Below, in pieces: positions 10,641 to 20,092 of a stretch of 64,000 bases of DNA (the first letter of the stretch is position 1; each line of letters starts with the position of its first letter). Made by a program: the position numbers and the translations under genes. Origin of the DNA: Eledone cirrhosa (lineage: Eukaryota); contig OZ024741.1 of the NCBI GenBank assembly GCA_964016885.1, positions 23,436,001 to 23,500,000 of the forward strand. Reading direction: 5' to 3'. Below the pieces are notes generated by a model, which saw only the letters and a program-made list of their open reading frames with translations, had not been told where the DNA came from and did no database searches.

Positions 10641-10701
10641 GTAAATTTTTCTTTGATTATTTATTATACTGAAACTTCTATCTAGTTGGAATTGAATGAG
10701 A

Positions 10702-11065
10702 TGACTGGGTCATGTGTTGAGGAAGATAGAAAGTGACTGGGTCATGTATTGAGGAAGACCAAAAGTGACTGGGTCATGTGTTGAGGAAGATTGAAAATGA
10801 CTGGGTCATGTGTTGAGGAAGACTGAAAATGACTGGGTCATGAGTTGAGGAAGAGTGAATATGACTGGGTCATGTGTTGAGGAAGACATAAAATGACTGG
10901 GTCATGTGTTGAGGAAGACTGAAAGTGACTGGGTCATGTGTTGAGGAAGACTGAAAGTGACTGGGTCATGTGTTGAGGAAGACTGAAAATGACTGGGTCA
11001 TCTGTTGAGGAAGACCGTACGTGACTGGGTCATGTGTTGAGGAAGACTGAAAGTGACTGGGTCAC
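10702..11065. repeat. 32-bp minisatellite (GTGACTGGGTCATGTGTTGAGGAAGACTGAAA)n, about 11 copies
   Basis: Period 32 (gaaagtg at 10921 and 10953). Confidence 0.95.
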
Positions 11066-11199
11066 TGGAGAGATTAAAATGAATATGAAAGGAAGCAGTA
11101 GAGAGGAAGATGGAGCAAAACATGGCTAAAGATGATAGAAGAGGAATTGAAAGCCAGGTAGTTAGTGAGTGGGGTGTACAGCATAAATATTGTTCTTTG

Positions 11200-11345
11200 C
11201 CCACTTATTCCTGAGAGGGACGTGGGTGCAGAGTCCTCAAACACCTGCCAGAAGCAACCATCTCCAACTGATCCAGCTCGATCCCCAACCGAGACCAGCC
11301 AAGCTCATGGATGTTATCCAACCATCTTGCTCAGGGTTTAGAGAA
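11200..11345 (-). mobile_element. RTE-like LINE 3' fragment
   Basis: Reverse complement of 13005-13140 (GATGGTTGGATAACATCCATGA...GATCAGTTGGAGATGGTTG...GAATAAGTGG). Confidence 0.65.
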
Positions 11346-11463
11346 TGGGTCGCAGGTAGCAGACAGTAATATGGCCACCAGATGTGATGGTTAGTTGTGA
11401 TATAAGTGGGCAGTTGCCAGATGAATAAGCAACCCTGGACCAACAACGGTAAACTATTAGAGG

Positions 11464-12260
11464 AGATGGAGCAATGGGTGACATCTGTAGCTCCCAAGAA
11501 AACTTTCACAACCCAGTAGCGTAGCTACAATGAGGCAAGTAAAGTCCACTTCTGAAAAAGCCTATTCTTCACAGGTTTGAGAAAGTACCAGATTGGTGAC
11601 TGGTGTGAATAAAACCATTGAAACTGCAATATGGTGAGAGGAATGAAAAAGAACCATACCGCATCATCCTTTGCACAGGCTTCATATTAATATTGATTTC
11701 TTTATTAGCTACACAGGGCTTACATGAAGTAAACATTAAAGACAGCACAGGGAAATACAATGTGTGTTTTTTTAATAATAATTGTTTATACTTTTTGGCA
11801 CTAGGCCAGCAATTACCCAGTGCATTACTGGTACTTTATTTTATCAACCCCTGTAAGGATGAAAAGCAAAGTTAACCTCGATGGGATTTGAACTCAGATC
11901 ATAAAGGGCCGTAACTCTATGCTGCAAAGCATGGCGTCCGAACCTCTACTGATACTGCCAATCAATGATTTCTAATTTAGGTACAAGGCCAGACTTAACT
12001 CATATTTTATTGACCCCCAGATGGAGCAATGGTTGACACCTGTAGCTCCCAAGAAAACTCTCACAATTCAGTGATGAAGCAAGTAAAGACTGCTTCTAAA
12101 AAAAGCCCAGTCCTCACAGGTTTGAGAAAGTTCCAGATTGGTGACTGTCACAAATAAGACCACCAAAACTGCAATATGGTTGACATGAAGAAAACATTAA
12201 AGGTAGCTCAGGGAAATACAATGTGTGTTTTGTACATAATAATGATTTCTAATTTAGGAA
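11464..12260. repeat. Diverged local tandem duplication (unit ~555 bp, starting at ~11464 and ~12019), each copy followed by a minus-strand SINE
   Basis: AGATGGAGCAATGG...TGTAGCTCCCAAGAAAACT...TCACAGGTTTGAGAAAGT...GGGAAATACAATGTGTGTTTT occurs twice. Confidence 0.8.
11778..11965 (-). mobile_element. tRNA-derived SINE, family A
   Basis: Reverse complement of the 18633-18820 copy. Confidence 0.85.
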
Positions 12261-12456
12261 TAAGGCCAAAAAATTTGTGGGGAAGTGGAAAGTTGATTAT
12301 ATAACCCTAGTACTTAACTTGTATTTTATTGACCCCAGAAGGATGAAAGGTAAAGTTGACCTCGGATGGGTTTGAACTGAGAACATAAAGCCTCAAAACA
12401 AAGGCTGCAAAACATTTCGTCCTATGTTCTAATGACTCTACCAATCCATTGCCCTT
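12238..12456 (-). mobile_element. tRNA-derived SINE, family A
   Basis: GGATGAAAGGTAAAGTTGACCTCGG...TTTGAACT...CCAATCCATTGCCC is the reverse complement of the family head and body. Confidence 0.8.
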
Positions 12457-12492
12457 TAATTCATATTAATGATAAATGATATTTTATTTCAG

Positions 12493-12573
12493 GGTAAATG
12501 ACGACATATTGGCAATGGCTAGACCTAACACGGCAGCTATGAAGGAATTTAATATTGTTGAGCAGTTCTGTAG
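12493..12573 (+). CDS. PTPDC1: PTPDC1-like exon (VNDDILAMARPNTAAMKEFNIVEQFCR)
   Basis: tttcag acceptor, gtaagt donor, phases 2/2; matches the conserved WVTDNILAMARP motif. Confidence 0.92.
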
Positions 12574-12899
12574 GTAAGTCACATCTCAAACCATCACCAT
12601 CATCATTATCATCATTTAACATCCATTATTCCATGGGTTGGACTGGTCATCACAGACCAAGTCAGTATTTAATCAGAGCTACAGTCCTCTTACATGGATT
12701 GGGAGCCACAACTTCTTTCAGTTTTTGCCTGGTTTCTACAACTAAATGTGTACTGAATACATTTTATCCTGACACCAATACTAAACCAAAATGAGGTTCC
12801 TCCGAAGGGTTTTTGGAGTAACGTTACTTGATAGAGTGTGTAGACCAGAGATCAGAGAGTTACTCCAGGTAGAGCTGCTACTTCTCCGAATTAAGAGAT

Positions 12900-13140
12900 C
12901 ATAACTCTAATACTATGGGCTGGTGGCTAGAATGTCTCAGGAAAGAATCACTGGACTGCTTTTACGGGCAAAATCAACTGGCAAGAGACCCAGGGGTAGA
13001 TCCCGATCAAGATGGTTGGATAACATCCATGAACTTGGTGATCCAGCCAGATCAGTTGGAGATGGTTGTTTCTGACAGAACCCGCTGGCAGGAATGTTTG
13101 AGGACTCTGTCCCCGCAACCCTCTCAAGAATAAGTGGGCG
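12900..13140 (+). mobile_element. RTE-like LINE 3' fragment
   Basis: GKRPRGRSRSRWLDNI-type peptide remnant; inverted copy at 11200-11345. Confidence 0.65.
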
Positions 13141-13395
13141 AAGAAGAAGACCAATACTAGAGAAATTATATCCTTGACATGACTAAAGAGTCCTTTTATG
13201 GTCAAATACCCTTCCTAGCAACAACTAATTTACAGCCCTAGGGAGGTTAAAATATCCTTGACATAAATAGTCTTCTTAACTCTTCTATTGCTGGATGCCC
13301 CTCCTAACACAAACCACTTCAGTTATGTCAAACATTTCTTGAGTACAACTTATTTTCACATTTTTTTCTATTTATTTATTTTTTATTTAAAAAAA

Positions 13396-13775
13396 AGTTT
13401 TAAACTATAACTCTGAAAGCCCTTTTGAACTCCATGTGTCTAACACCTGTGGAAATGTTTACAAAGTCAGAAAACAGCACAGCTCCCATGACTACGGAAA
13501 CATTTTTTCACACTCAGAGTTGCTGAAGCATGGAACAAACTCCCTGCATCAGTTGTTAGCTGTCAAGACACTGCATCCTTTAAAACCTCCATGCTTCCTG
13601 AGATTCGCCAACACTACACCTGATATTCCCCCTCCATACACACACGCGCATGTATCTGTGTGTATTTTATGACTCACATATTGTTCACTTCCCTGACATT
13701 TGTACATTATTCTATGTACTATACATGCACCTTTGATGAGTTGTAGTGCACCTGAGCACTGTACACAATAATTAT
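13396..13775 (+). mobile_element. Short 3' fragment of the same CR1 family as 501-3820
   Basis: High similarity to ~3288-3805 (CTCCATGTGTCTAACAC...CACAGCTCCCATGAC...GTAGTGCACCTGAGCACTGTACACAAT). Confidence 0.92.
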
Positions 13776-14631
13776 ATACTATACATTATATTTTATACAT
13801 TAAATGGCACCTACAGCTATATTGGTATTATACATTCCTGTACCCTGATGTAATAAGGTATCCAGGCTTATGATCCTCTTCAGGTCTCTTCAGGCCAAAG
13901 AATGGCCTGTGGTGGTACTAAATTAGGTGATTAAGTCTACTACCTCCAAGAAAATGACTTTCTACACTGTTTCTATCTGCCATAAGGCTTTGGTCAACTT
14001 GATGTTATGTTGGAAAAAACTCTTCTTAGGTGCTACACAGAGGGATTGAACCTGAAATCAAGTAGATCTGATGTGAATCTCTTAAATAAACAGGCATGTT
14101 GGCACCCTGTTGTAATAAAGTATCTAGTCCAATGTTCTAATCCATCTACCTCCATCACCTTACAGGGTGAACAAACTGCTTTTTGTGATAGTACCAGTAT
14201 GGTTACCTTACAGAGTTTACTGGATACTTTTTGTCATGGTACTAATACTATCTCTTTACAGGGAAATTATCTGTCCTGGATTAAATCAAGGCTGCCCTTT
14301 GGCATTTGGCAGCCATTCAGTCTAGGGTTACAGATGAAATTGTAAGAAGCAACATGGTAGATATATAATCTTGGTAAAATGTCATTCATTAATCTTTGAT
14401 GACAGTCAGATGATGCTGAGCGAAGGAATCTCTGAGGACCTTAGCCAGGATCACCAAGTTTCCAAAGTGATTTACTACTAACATCTATAGACTTGGTGAC
14501 TGTAGATGTAATTAAGCTACCGAAAGATTTGTATCTGAGCAAGCGTGACCAGATGATAGAAATTATTTTGTTAATTAATACTTCTTTAATCAAACAGCTT
14601 AATTTTCTTCTAATTTTCGTTATTATTTCAG

Positions 14632-14747
14632 GGCTAATATAAAGTCTGTGATAAATCTTCAAGAGATAGGAGAGCATGCCAGTTGTGGATCTGGGCTTGA
14701 ACCAAGTGGATTTTCATATAACCCCCAAGATTTCATGTCTGAAAAGA
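14632..14747 (+). CDS. PTPDC1: PTPDC1-like exon (ANIKSVINLQEIGEHASCGSGLEPSGFSYNPQDFMSEK)
   Basis: tttcag acceptor and gtatgg donor; matches IKxxINLQxxGEHASCG...SGFxYxPxxFM. Confidence 0.93.
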
Positions 14748-15285
14748 GTATGGAAAATTATTTTACTAGAAATTATTTTATGTATTTGAAATTTCATTGT
14801 TTCATTCAGATAATTTTGAGATTTATATACTGTATATATTGAGATTTATATACTGTATCATCATCATCATCGTTTAACGGCTATCTTCCACGCTAGCATG
14901 GGTTTAGACGAGAATTGTCCCACTTGAGGCAAGATTGGTTGTCTTGCTCATATGGGACTGTCTGGCATATTTTCTATGGCAATATATATCTATATTGAGA
15001 TTTATATACCGTATATATTCATATAAAAGTCAATTTTTTAAGACTATTTTATTCAGTTACATTTATGAGAACAACAGTTACATTGATACTATTTTTGAGG
15101 GATTGAAATTCAGATTACAATCTGTGGAAATGCCTTTGCAGTTTTGTCTGTTGGGCGCAAACCAAACACCACTCTGCCCTAAGCTCAGAGCCTATCATCC
15201 TCTCCCCTTCCCACCTTTCTTCTGTGGCCCAAGAGTCCTTGCTTTTTACCTCCTTTTCCTCCCCTTTATGGCATTTATAATCTTC

Positions 15286-15852
15286 TAAATTCTCATTCAC
15301 AATCTTCTTTATGCTGATGACTACAATCTAGTTGCCCATTCACTTACATATATGCTAAACTTCATGACTAGACTGTCTTGTTCATGTAAAGCCTTTCGAT
15401 TAACTATTAGCCTTGATAAAACTGTAGTAATGTTTCAACTAGCTCTGGGATCTCCTTATATAGAACAATCCATTCAGTTAGATGGACAAAAACTCAAAGT
15501 AGTCCATAGATTTCCATATCTGGGAAGTACATTTATCCAGTGTTGCACATTAGATGATGAAATTGCCTCCTATATTAAAAGAGCTACTGGTTCTTAGAGT
15601 ACATCTTTGGAGCCAGAAGGGAATTAGAAAAGAACCAGAAATAGCAGTATACAATGCATGTGTTCTGTCTATTCTCTTATATTCCTGTGAGACCTTGGTT
15701 GTTTATCACAGGTACATTAAACTCCCCAAACAGTTTCACCAGCGTTGCCTGTGTGACATTCTCAGGGTTCACTGGAGTACACACACAGCAGACACTGAAA
15801 TATTACAAGGTACAGGAGCAGTCAGCATTGAAGCTTACATCCACAAGCATTG
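15286..15852 (+). mobile_element. Degenerate RTE-clade RT fragment (frameshifted)
   Basis: LLYADD, LTISLDKTVVM, FPYLGS, LDDEI, VYNACVLSILLYSCET and FHQRCL motifs spread across frames. Confidence 0.85.
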
Positions 15853-16123
15853 ACACAACCACTTTACAGTGTGGACTGGGCACTCGTCATGACACCTACA
15901 CAACCACTTTACAGTGTGTACTGGGTGCTTTTTGTTGTGACACCTACACAACAACTTTAGAGTGTAGTCTGGGCGCTTCTTGTCATGAGACCTACACAAC
16001 CACTTTACAGTGTGTACTGGGTGCTTTTTGTTGTGACACCTACACAACCACTTTACAGTGTATACTGGGTGCTTTTTGTTGTGACACCTTCACAACCACT
16101 TTACAATGTGGGCTGGGCACTTT
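15853..16123. repeat. 48-bp tandem repeat (CAACCACTTTACAGTGTGTACTGGGTGCTTTTTGTTGTGACACCTACA), about 5.5 copies
   Basis: Period read directly; related to 7115-7280 (inverted) and to the 46-bp satellite. Confidence 0.9.
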
Positions 16124-16239
16124 TTTAAAGCTATTATGTAAACTGAAATGTTTAAATGTTTATCAATCTAGTTTTTACATTGATTAATATTTTATATATT
16201 TTTGATTTGGTTTAACATTTTGTTATTGTTGTATTTCAG

Positions 16240-16261
16240 TTTTTTTCTACAATTTTGCCTG
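16240..16261 (+). CDS. PTPDC1: PTPDC1-like 22-nt microexon (IFFYNFA plus TG)
   Basis: gtatttcag acceptor and gtaagt donor; phases 1/2 bridge the neighbouring exons exactly; supplies the conserved IYFYNF motif. Confidence 0.88.
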
Positions 16262-16899
16262 GTAAGTTGTAAGAATTATATTTAACTGTTCTGTTATTCT
16301 AATATTAAGGGCTTTATAAGAACTCGGACCCACACTCTTTCAACTCTGGGGTGCTCCAAGGTTGTTCCTCTCCACCAATCACCTACTTGATGTTACCTTG
16401 AACAACACATAATTTCAAGAAACATTTCACTACTGGACATCTAATGTTACTTTGAAAATAAAGTAAAATGATTTGAAGAAACATTATTGCAATATTGGAC
16501 ATACTATTATCCAGTATTTAAAGAAACATTATCTTAAAATGGTGGTGTTTGGTTAGAGAAGATATCTTGTTGTCTGGCAGCTACATCTTTAGGGATGGCT
16601 GGGTGGGTACACAAGTTCTCACCTGACTTTTGTTTTGGGCTCTGGGACGTTTGTTAGCCATGCCCTGACAACTGATTATGGTGGCAGGCTAAACTTAGTG
16701 ACGGACTTGATGCTTGGAGAAGAGATGGGCACCATCAAGTATTTCAAAGGCCCATTGAAATGCTATGATAGATACAGAGTAAAATATCTAGAGTGGCACC
16801 CCAACAACTGGCTGTATCAGTTGTTGGAACTTGGTTGCTTGCCCCCCCCCCCTTTTTTTTTTCTTTCATTATTTAATTTGGGTTTTTATCCTTTTTTTA

Positions 16900-17080
16900 A
16901 AAATATTTCCATCATTGTATAACTTCTGTCTGTAAAATATAGTTGACATAATGTTTATAACAGATAACAAAATATTTCCATCATTGTATAACTTCTGTAA
17001 AATATAGTTGACATAATATGTTTATAACAGATAACAAAATATTTCCATCATTGTATAACTTCTGTAAAATATAGCTGTAA
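16900..17080. repeat. ~67-bp AT-rich tandem repeat, about 2.6 copies
   Basis: AAAATATTTCCATCATTGTATAACTTCTGT occurs three times. Confidence 0.85.
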
Positions 17081-17270
17081 ATATGGACCATAAGTTTTTC
17101 AATTTGTAAAGTTACTTTATGGCTCTGAAGCAACATTGCTTTTAAATATGTTGGTTAAAACAATACTACCAATAAAGATATAATAATATTGGTAGAAAGT
17201 TAAAGTAAATTCCTGAGTCTAGTTGATATATGTATTGATGTGATGTGTGTTTTGTTTGGATTTATTACAG

Positions 17271-17377
17271 TCCAGATTATGGTACAATGTCAAAATGTCG
17301 ACTTTTGGACATTGTTAGAGTAATTCAGTTTGCTGTTACAGAAGGAAAAGTAGCCATACATTGCCATGCTGGTTTAG
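17271..17377 (+). CDS. PTPDC1: PTPDC1-like exon with general-acid loop and catalytic Cys (PDYGTMSKCRLLDIVRVIQFAVTEGKVAIHCHAGL)
   Basis: ttacag acceptor and gtatgt donor; EGKVAIHCHAGLG is the CX5R P-loop, completed by the next exon. Confidence 0.94.
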
Positions 17378-17513
17378 GTATGTCTTCTGGTTTTTCATTA
17401 CTTTGATTGTGTCTTCTGTTTTATTTTTTTCTTTAAATATACTTGTAAGATGTGGAAAAAGACAAAGAGAATCTATAAAACTGCAGATGTCTTCCATAAA
17501 TATTGCCTTAGGA

Positions 17514-17677
17514 CAGGCATGAGTAGCCATTTTCGAGCAGTGGGCCACATAAGATGTAGCTCTTCCTAAGATAGGCCGCACTACTAACAAATTCAAGGTA
17601 ATTTTGAAATTAGGCGTGCCATTCAGAAAGCCAAATGGGCCACATGTGGCTCGCGGGCCGCACTTTGCCCATGGCTG
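17514..17677. mobile_element. hAT-type MITE (164 bp) with 8-bp TSD CCTTAGGA
   Basis: Termini CAGGCATGAGTA and TTTGCCCATGGCTG, subterminal GGGCCAC/GGGCCGC motifs, TSD at 17506-17513 and 17678-17685. Confidence 0.88.
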
Positions 17678-17841
17678 CCTTAGGACCACATTTAGAATTT
17701 CTTGTTCTGACCACATCACAGGTTAAGAGGTCATGGAAAGGGCTGTGATGAGTTATTTACAGGATACCATCACTGTAAGATGTGGGAAGATGCTTGGACA
17801 TGTACTACATATGCCGACAAAGAAACCAGGGAGAACCTCTC

Positions 17842-18082
17842 TTAACTGTTTAGCATTTAAACCGGCTGTATCCGGCCATAATTCTCTCACTTCTGTTTGT
17901 TCAAACTGGCTGTAACTTGCCGCTCATACTGACATTACGGTGTTGTTCTCAAAATAAATAACATCAAAATCTCATAGATTCGATATTATGTGAGATAATT
18001 ATGTAAGATAAAGCCTTTACACTGAAAATATAATAGTATATATAATAGTATATATAGAGTAATGTAAATGCTAACGGTTTAA
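17842..18082. mobile_element. TTAA-flanked (piggyBac-like) MITE
   Basis: TTAA-CTGTTTAGCATTT ... AAATGCTAACGGT-TTAA imperfect terminal inverted repeats. Confidence 0.65.
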
Positions 18083-18414
18083 GTGGAAACCAGGAGGCAA
18101 AGACAGACCTGTCAAGACTTGATATCTGTGAATGAGGACCTGGCAGACATGGGCTTAGGAGCAGGTTCATGATAAAATTTGTGATCATGCTGGGTGAAGG
18201 TTTCACTTTGCTCACTGCTCTATAAGGACAGAAGGAACAAACAAATGTGAATTGTCATCATCATCATCATTCTTTTATGTCTGCTTTCCCTAGGTTGTCA
18301 CTGTCTGATTCTAGACCGGTTGTAGAGACTTCATCTTGTTCTTTCCAATACCATCCTTTTATCTCTGCTTTCCCTGGGTTATCACCATCTGTTATTATTA
18401 TTATATGCTCACTT

Positions 18415-18820
18415 AGGGCGGTGGATTGGCAGTATCGGTAGAGGGTCGGACGACATGCTTTGCAGCATAGAGCTACGGCCCTTTAGGATGTGAGTTCAAA
18501 TACCGCCAAGGTTAACTTTGCCTTTCATCCTTACAGGGTCGATAAAATAAAGTACCAGTCATGCACTGGGGTCGATTTAATCGACTTTCCCCTCCCCCAA
18601 AATTGCTGGCCTTGTGCCTATATAAGAGACCAGGTGGATTGGCAGTATCGGTAGAGGGTCAGACACCATGCTTTCTAGCATAGTTATGTCCCTTTATGAT
18701 CTGAGTTCAAATCCCGCCAAGGTTAACTTTGCCTTTCATCCTTACGGGGGTCGATAAAATAAAGTACCAGTAATGTACTGGGTAATTGCTGGTCTTGTGC
18801 CAAAAAGTAGAAACAATTAT
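18415..18820 (+). mobile_element. Two tandem family-A SINEs (18415-18630 long form; 18633-18820 internally deleted form)
   Basis: Both begin GGTGGATTGGCAGTATCGGTAGAGGGTC and share GAGTTCAAAT..CGCCAAGGTTAACTTTGCCTTTCATCCTTAC. Confidence 0.9.
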
Positions 18821-19144
18821 ATACTCACAACTATTCCATAGTTCAACAGTTTATTGTGCTTCATTGTGTTGAAATAGAAATTTGTAAATTACTGTTCTTT
18901 GTTCAGTTACCTATACATATAAGGGAATATACAAGACACAACAGTTTTTACATAAAATTATGATGTGGTGGGGTTAATTTAAATATAGACATTGTTAAAT
19001 GTGAGGTTTTTATGTCATAGAATCATGAGCTGTCTCAGGGAGGTTTATATTGAAAGGGCTAAATAAAACCAATACCTGCTTGATTTCAAAAACCTTCCAT
19101 CATAATTTTATTTAAGAACCTTTGTTAAGTTATGTTCCAAATAA

Positions 19145-19326
19145 ATAAGTGTTCTACTTTTGGCACAAGGCCAGCAATTACCAGTACATTACTGGTATTT
19201 ATTTTATCGACCCCGTAAGGATGAAAGGCAAAGTTAACCTCGGCAGGATTTTAACTCGGATCGTAAAGGGACGTAACTATGCTGGAAAGCAAGGCGTCCG
19301 ACTCTCTACAGATACTGCCAATCCAC
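19145..19326 (-). mobile_element. Family-A SINE (deleted form), inverted relative to 18633-18820
   Basis: Its reverse complement aligns end to end with 18633-18820. Confidence 0.9.
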
Positions 19327-19502
19327 AACACATTACTTATGTTACTAAATCCCTCCAAATTATTGATTACATTGATAATCAGTTGGCAGTCATAAGTCTT
19401 GTATTTCAGTAGAAATATACTAACAAATGGTTTACTCAGTGAATATATTTCAACCTTCATACACTGTACTAAAGATGCCTCTTCTTTCAAACTCTTATTT
19501 AG

Positions 19503-19590
19503 GCAGAACTGGGCTGCTTATCTGCTGTTATCTTGTGTTTGTTTATAGAATATCAGCCAACAGAGCCATCACATACCTGCGTTCAAAAAG
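19503..19590 (+). CDS. PTPDC1: PTPDC1-like exon (GRTGLLICCYLVFVYRISANRAITYLRSKR); the gene should continue beyond this exon
   Basis: tatttag acceptor and AG|gtgagt donor; completes HCHAGLGRTG; no stop codon reached. Confidence 0.94.
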
Positions 19591-19636
19591 GTGAGTTAAA
19601 CCTGCTATATTGGATTTTACATTTACTTTTCTCTAC

Positions 19637-19920
19637 TGTTTTATTCATCTATGTGTGTGTATATGTGTGTTTTATTCATCTATGAGTGTGTATATGTGTG
19701 TGTTATTCATCTATGAGTGTGTGTGTATTTTATTCATTTATGTGTGCGTGTATTTTATTCATCTATGAGTGTGTGTGTATGTGCGTTTTATTTATCAATG
19801 TGTCTGTGTGTGTTTTATTCATCAATGTGTGTGTGTTTTATTCATCAATGTGTGTGTGTTTTATTCATCAATGTGTGTGGGTATTTTATTCATCAATATG
19901 TGTGTGTTTACATGCATGTG
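19637..19920. repeat. Compound repeat (TG)n-TTTTATTCATC(A/T)A, ~20-28 bp units
   Basis: Seen directly. Confidence 0.85.
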
Positions 19921-20092
19921 TAGATGCAGTGTGGCTGAATGGTTAAGCAGTTCCCTCCACAATGACCTCACTGTGTGGAGACCTTGTGAGGGAAATTGGG
20001 TAAACAGAAACTATGTGGAACCCATCAGATAGATTGTACCAGTAACAATAATAAGGTGTCAGGTATGATCCCACTGTGCGGTGGTCTTCTGA

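Larger units (their letters stand above)
17450..18250 (+). mobile_element. Degenerate RTE fragment interrupted by two MITEs
   Basis: Remnants DVFHKYCLR, DHIT, LGHVLHM, and a W..GR..RP-like segment after 18083. Confidence 0.55.

Noticed and set aside
15654-16187. 177-aa Cys/Thr-rich ORF
   Set aside because: Read-through of an RTE remnant into the 48-bp tandem repeat.
8898-19326. tRNA-like A/B box sequences
   Set aside because: They are SINE heads followed by a shared SINE body; no complete cloverleaf is evident.
19686-20032. Cys/Val-rich ORFs
   Set aside because: Translations of (TG)n compound microsatellite.
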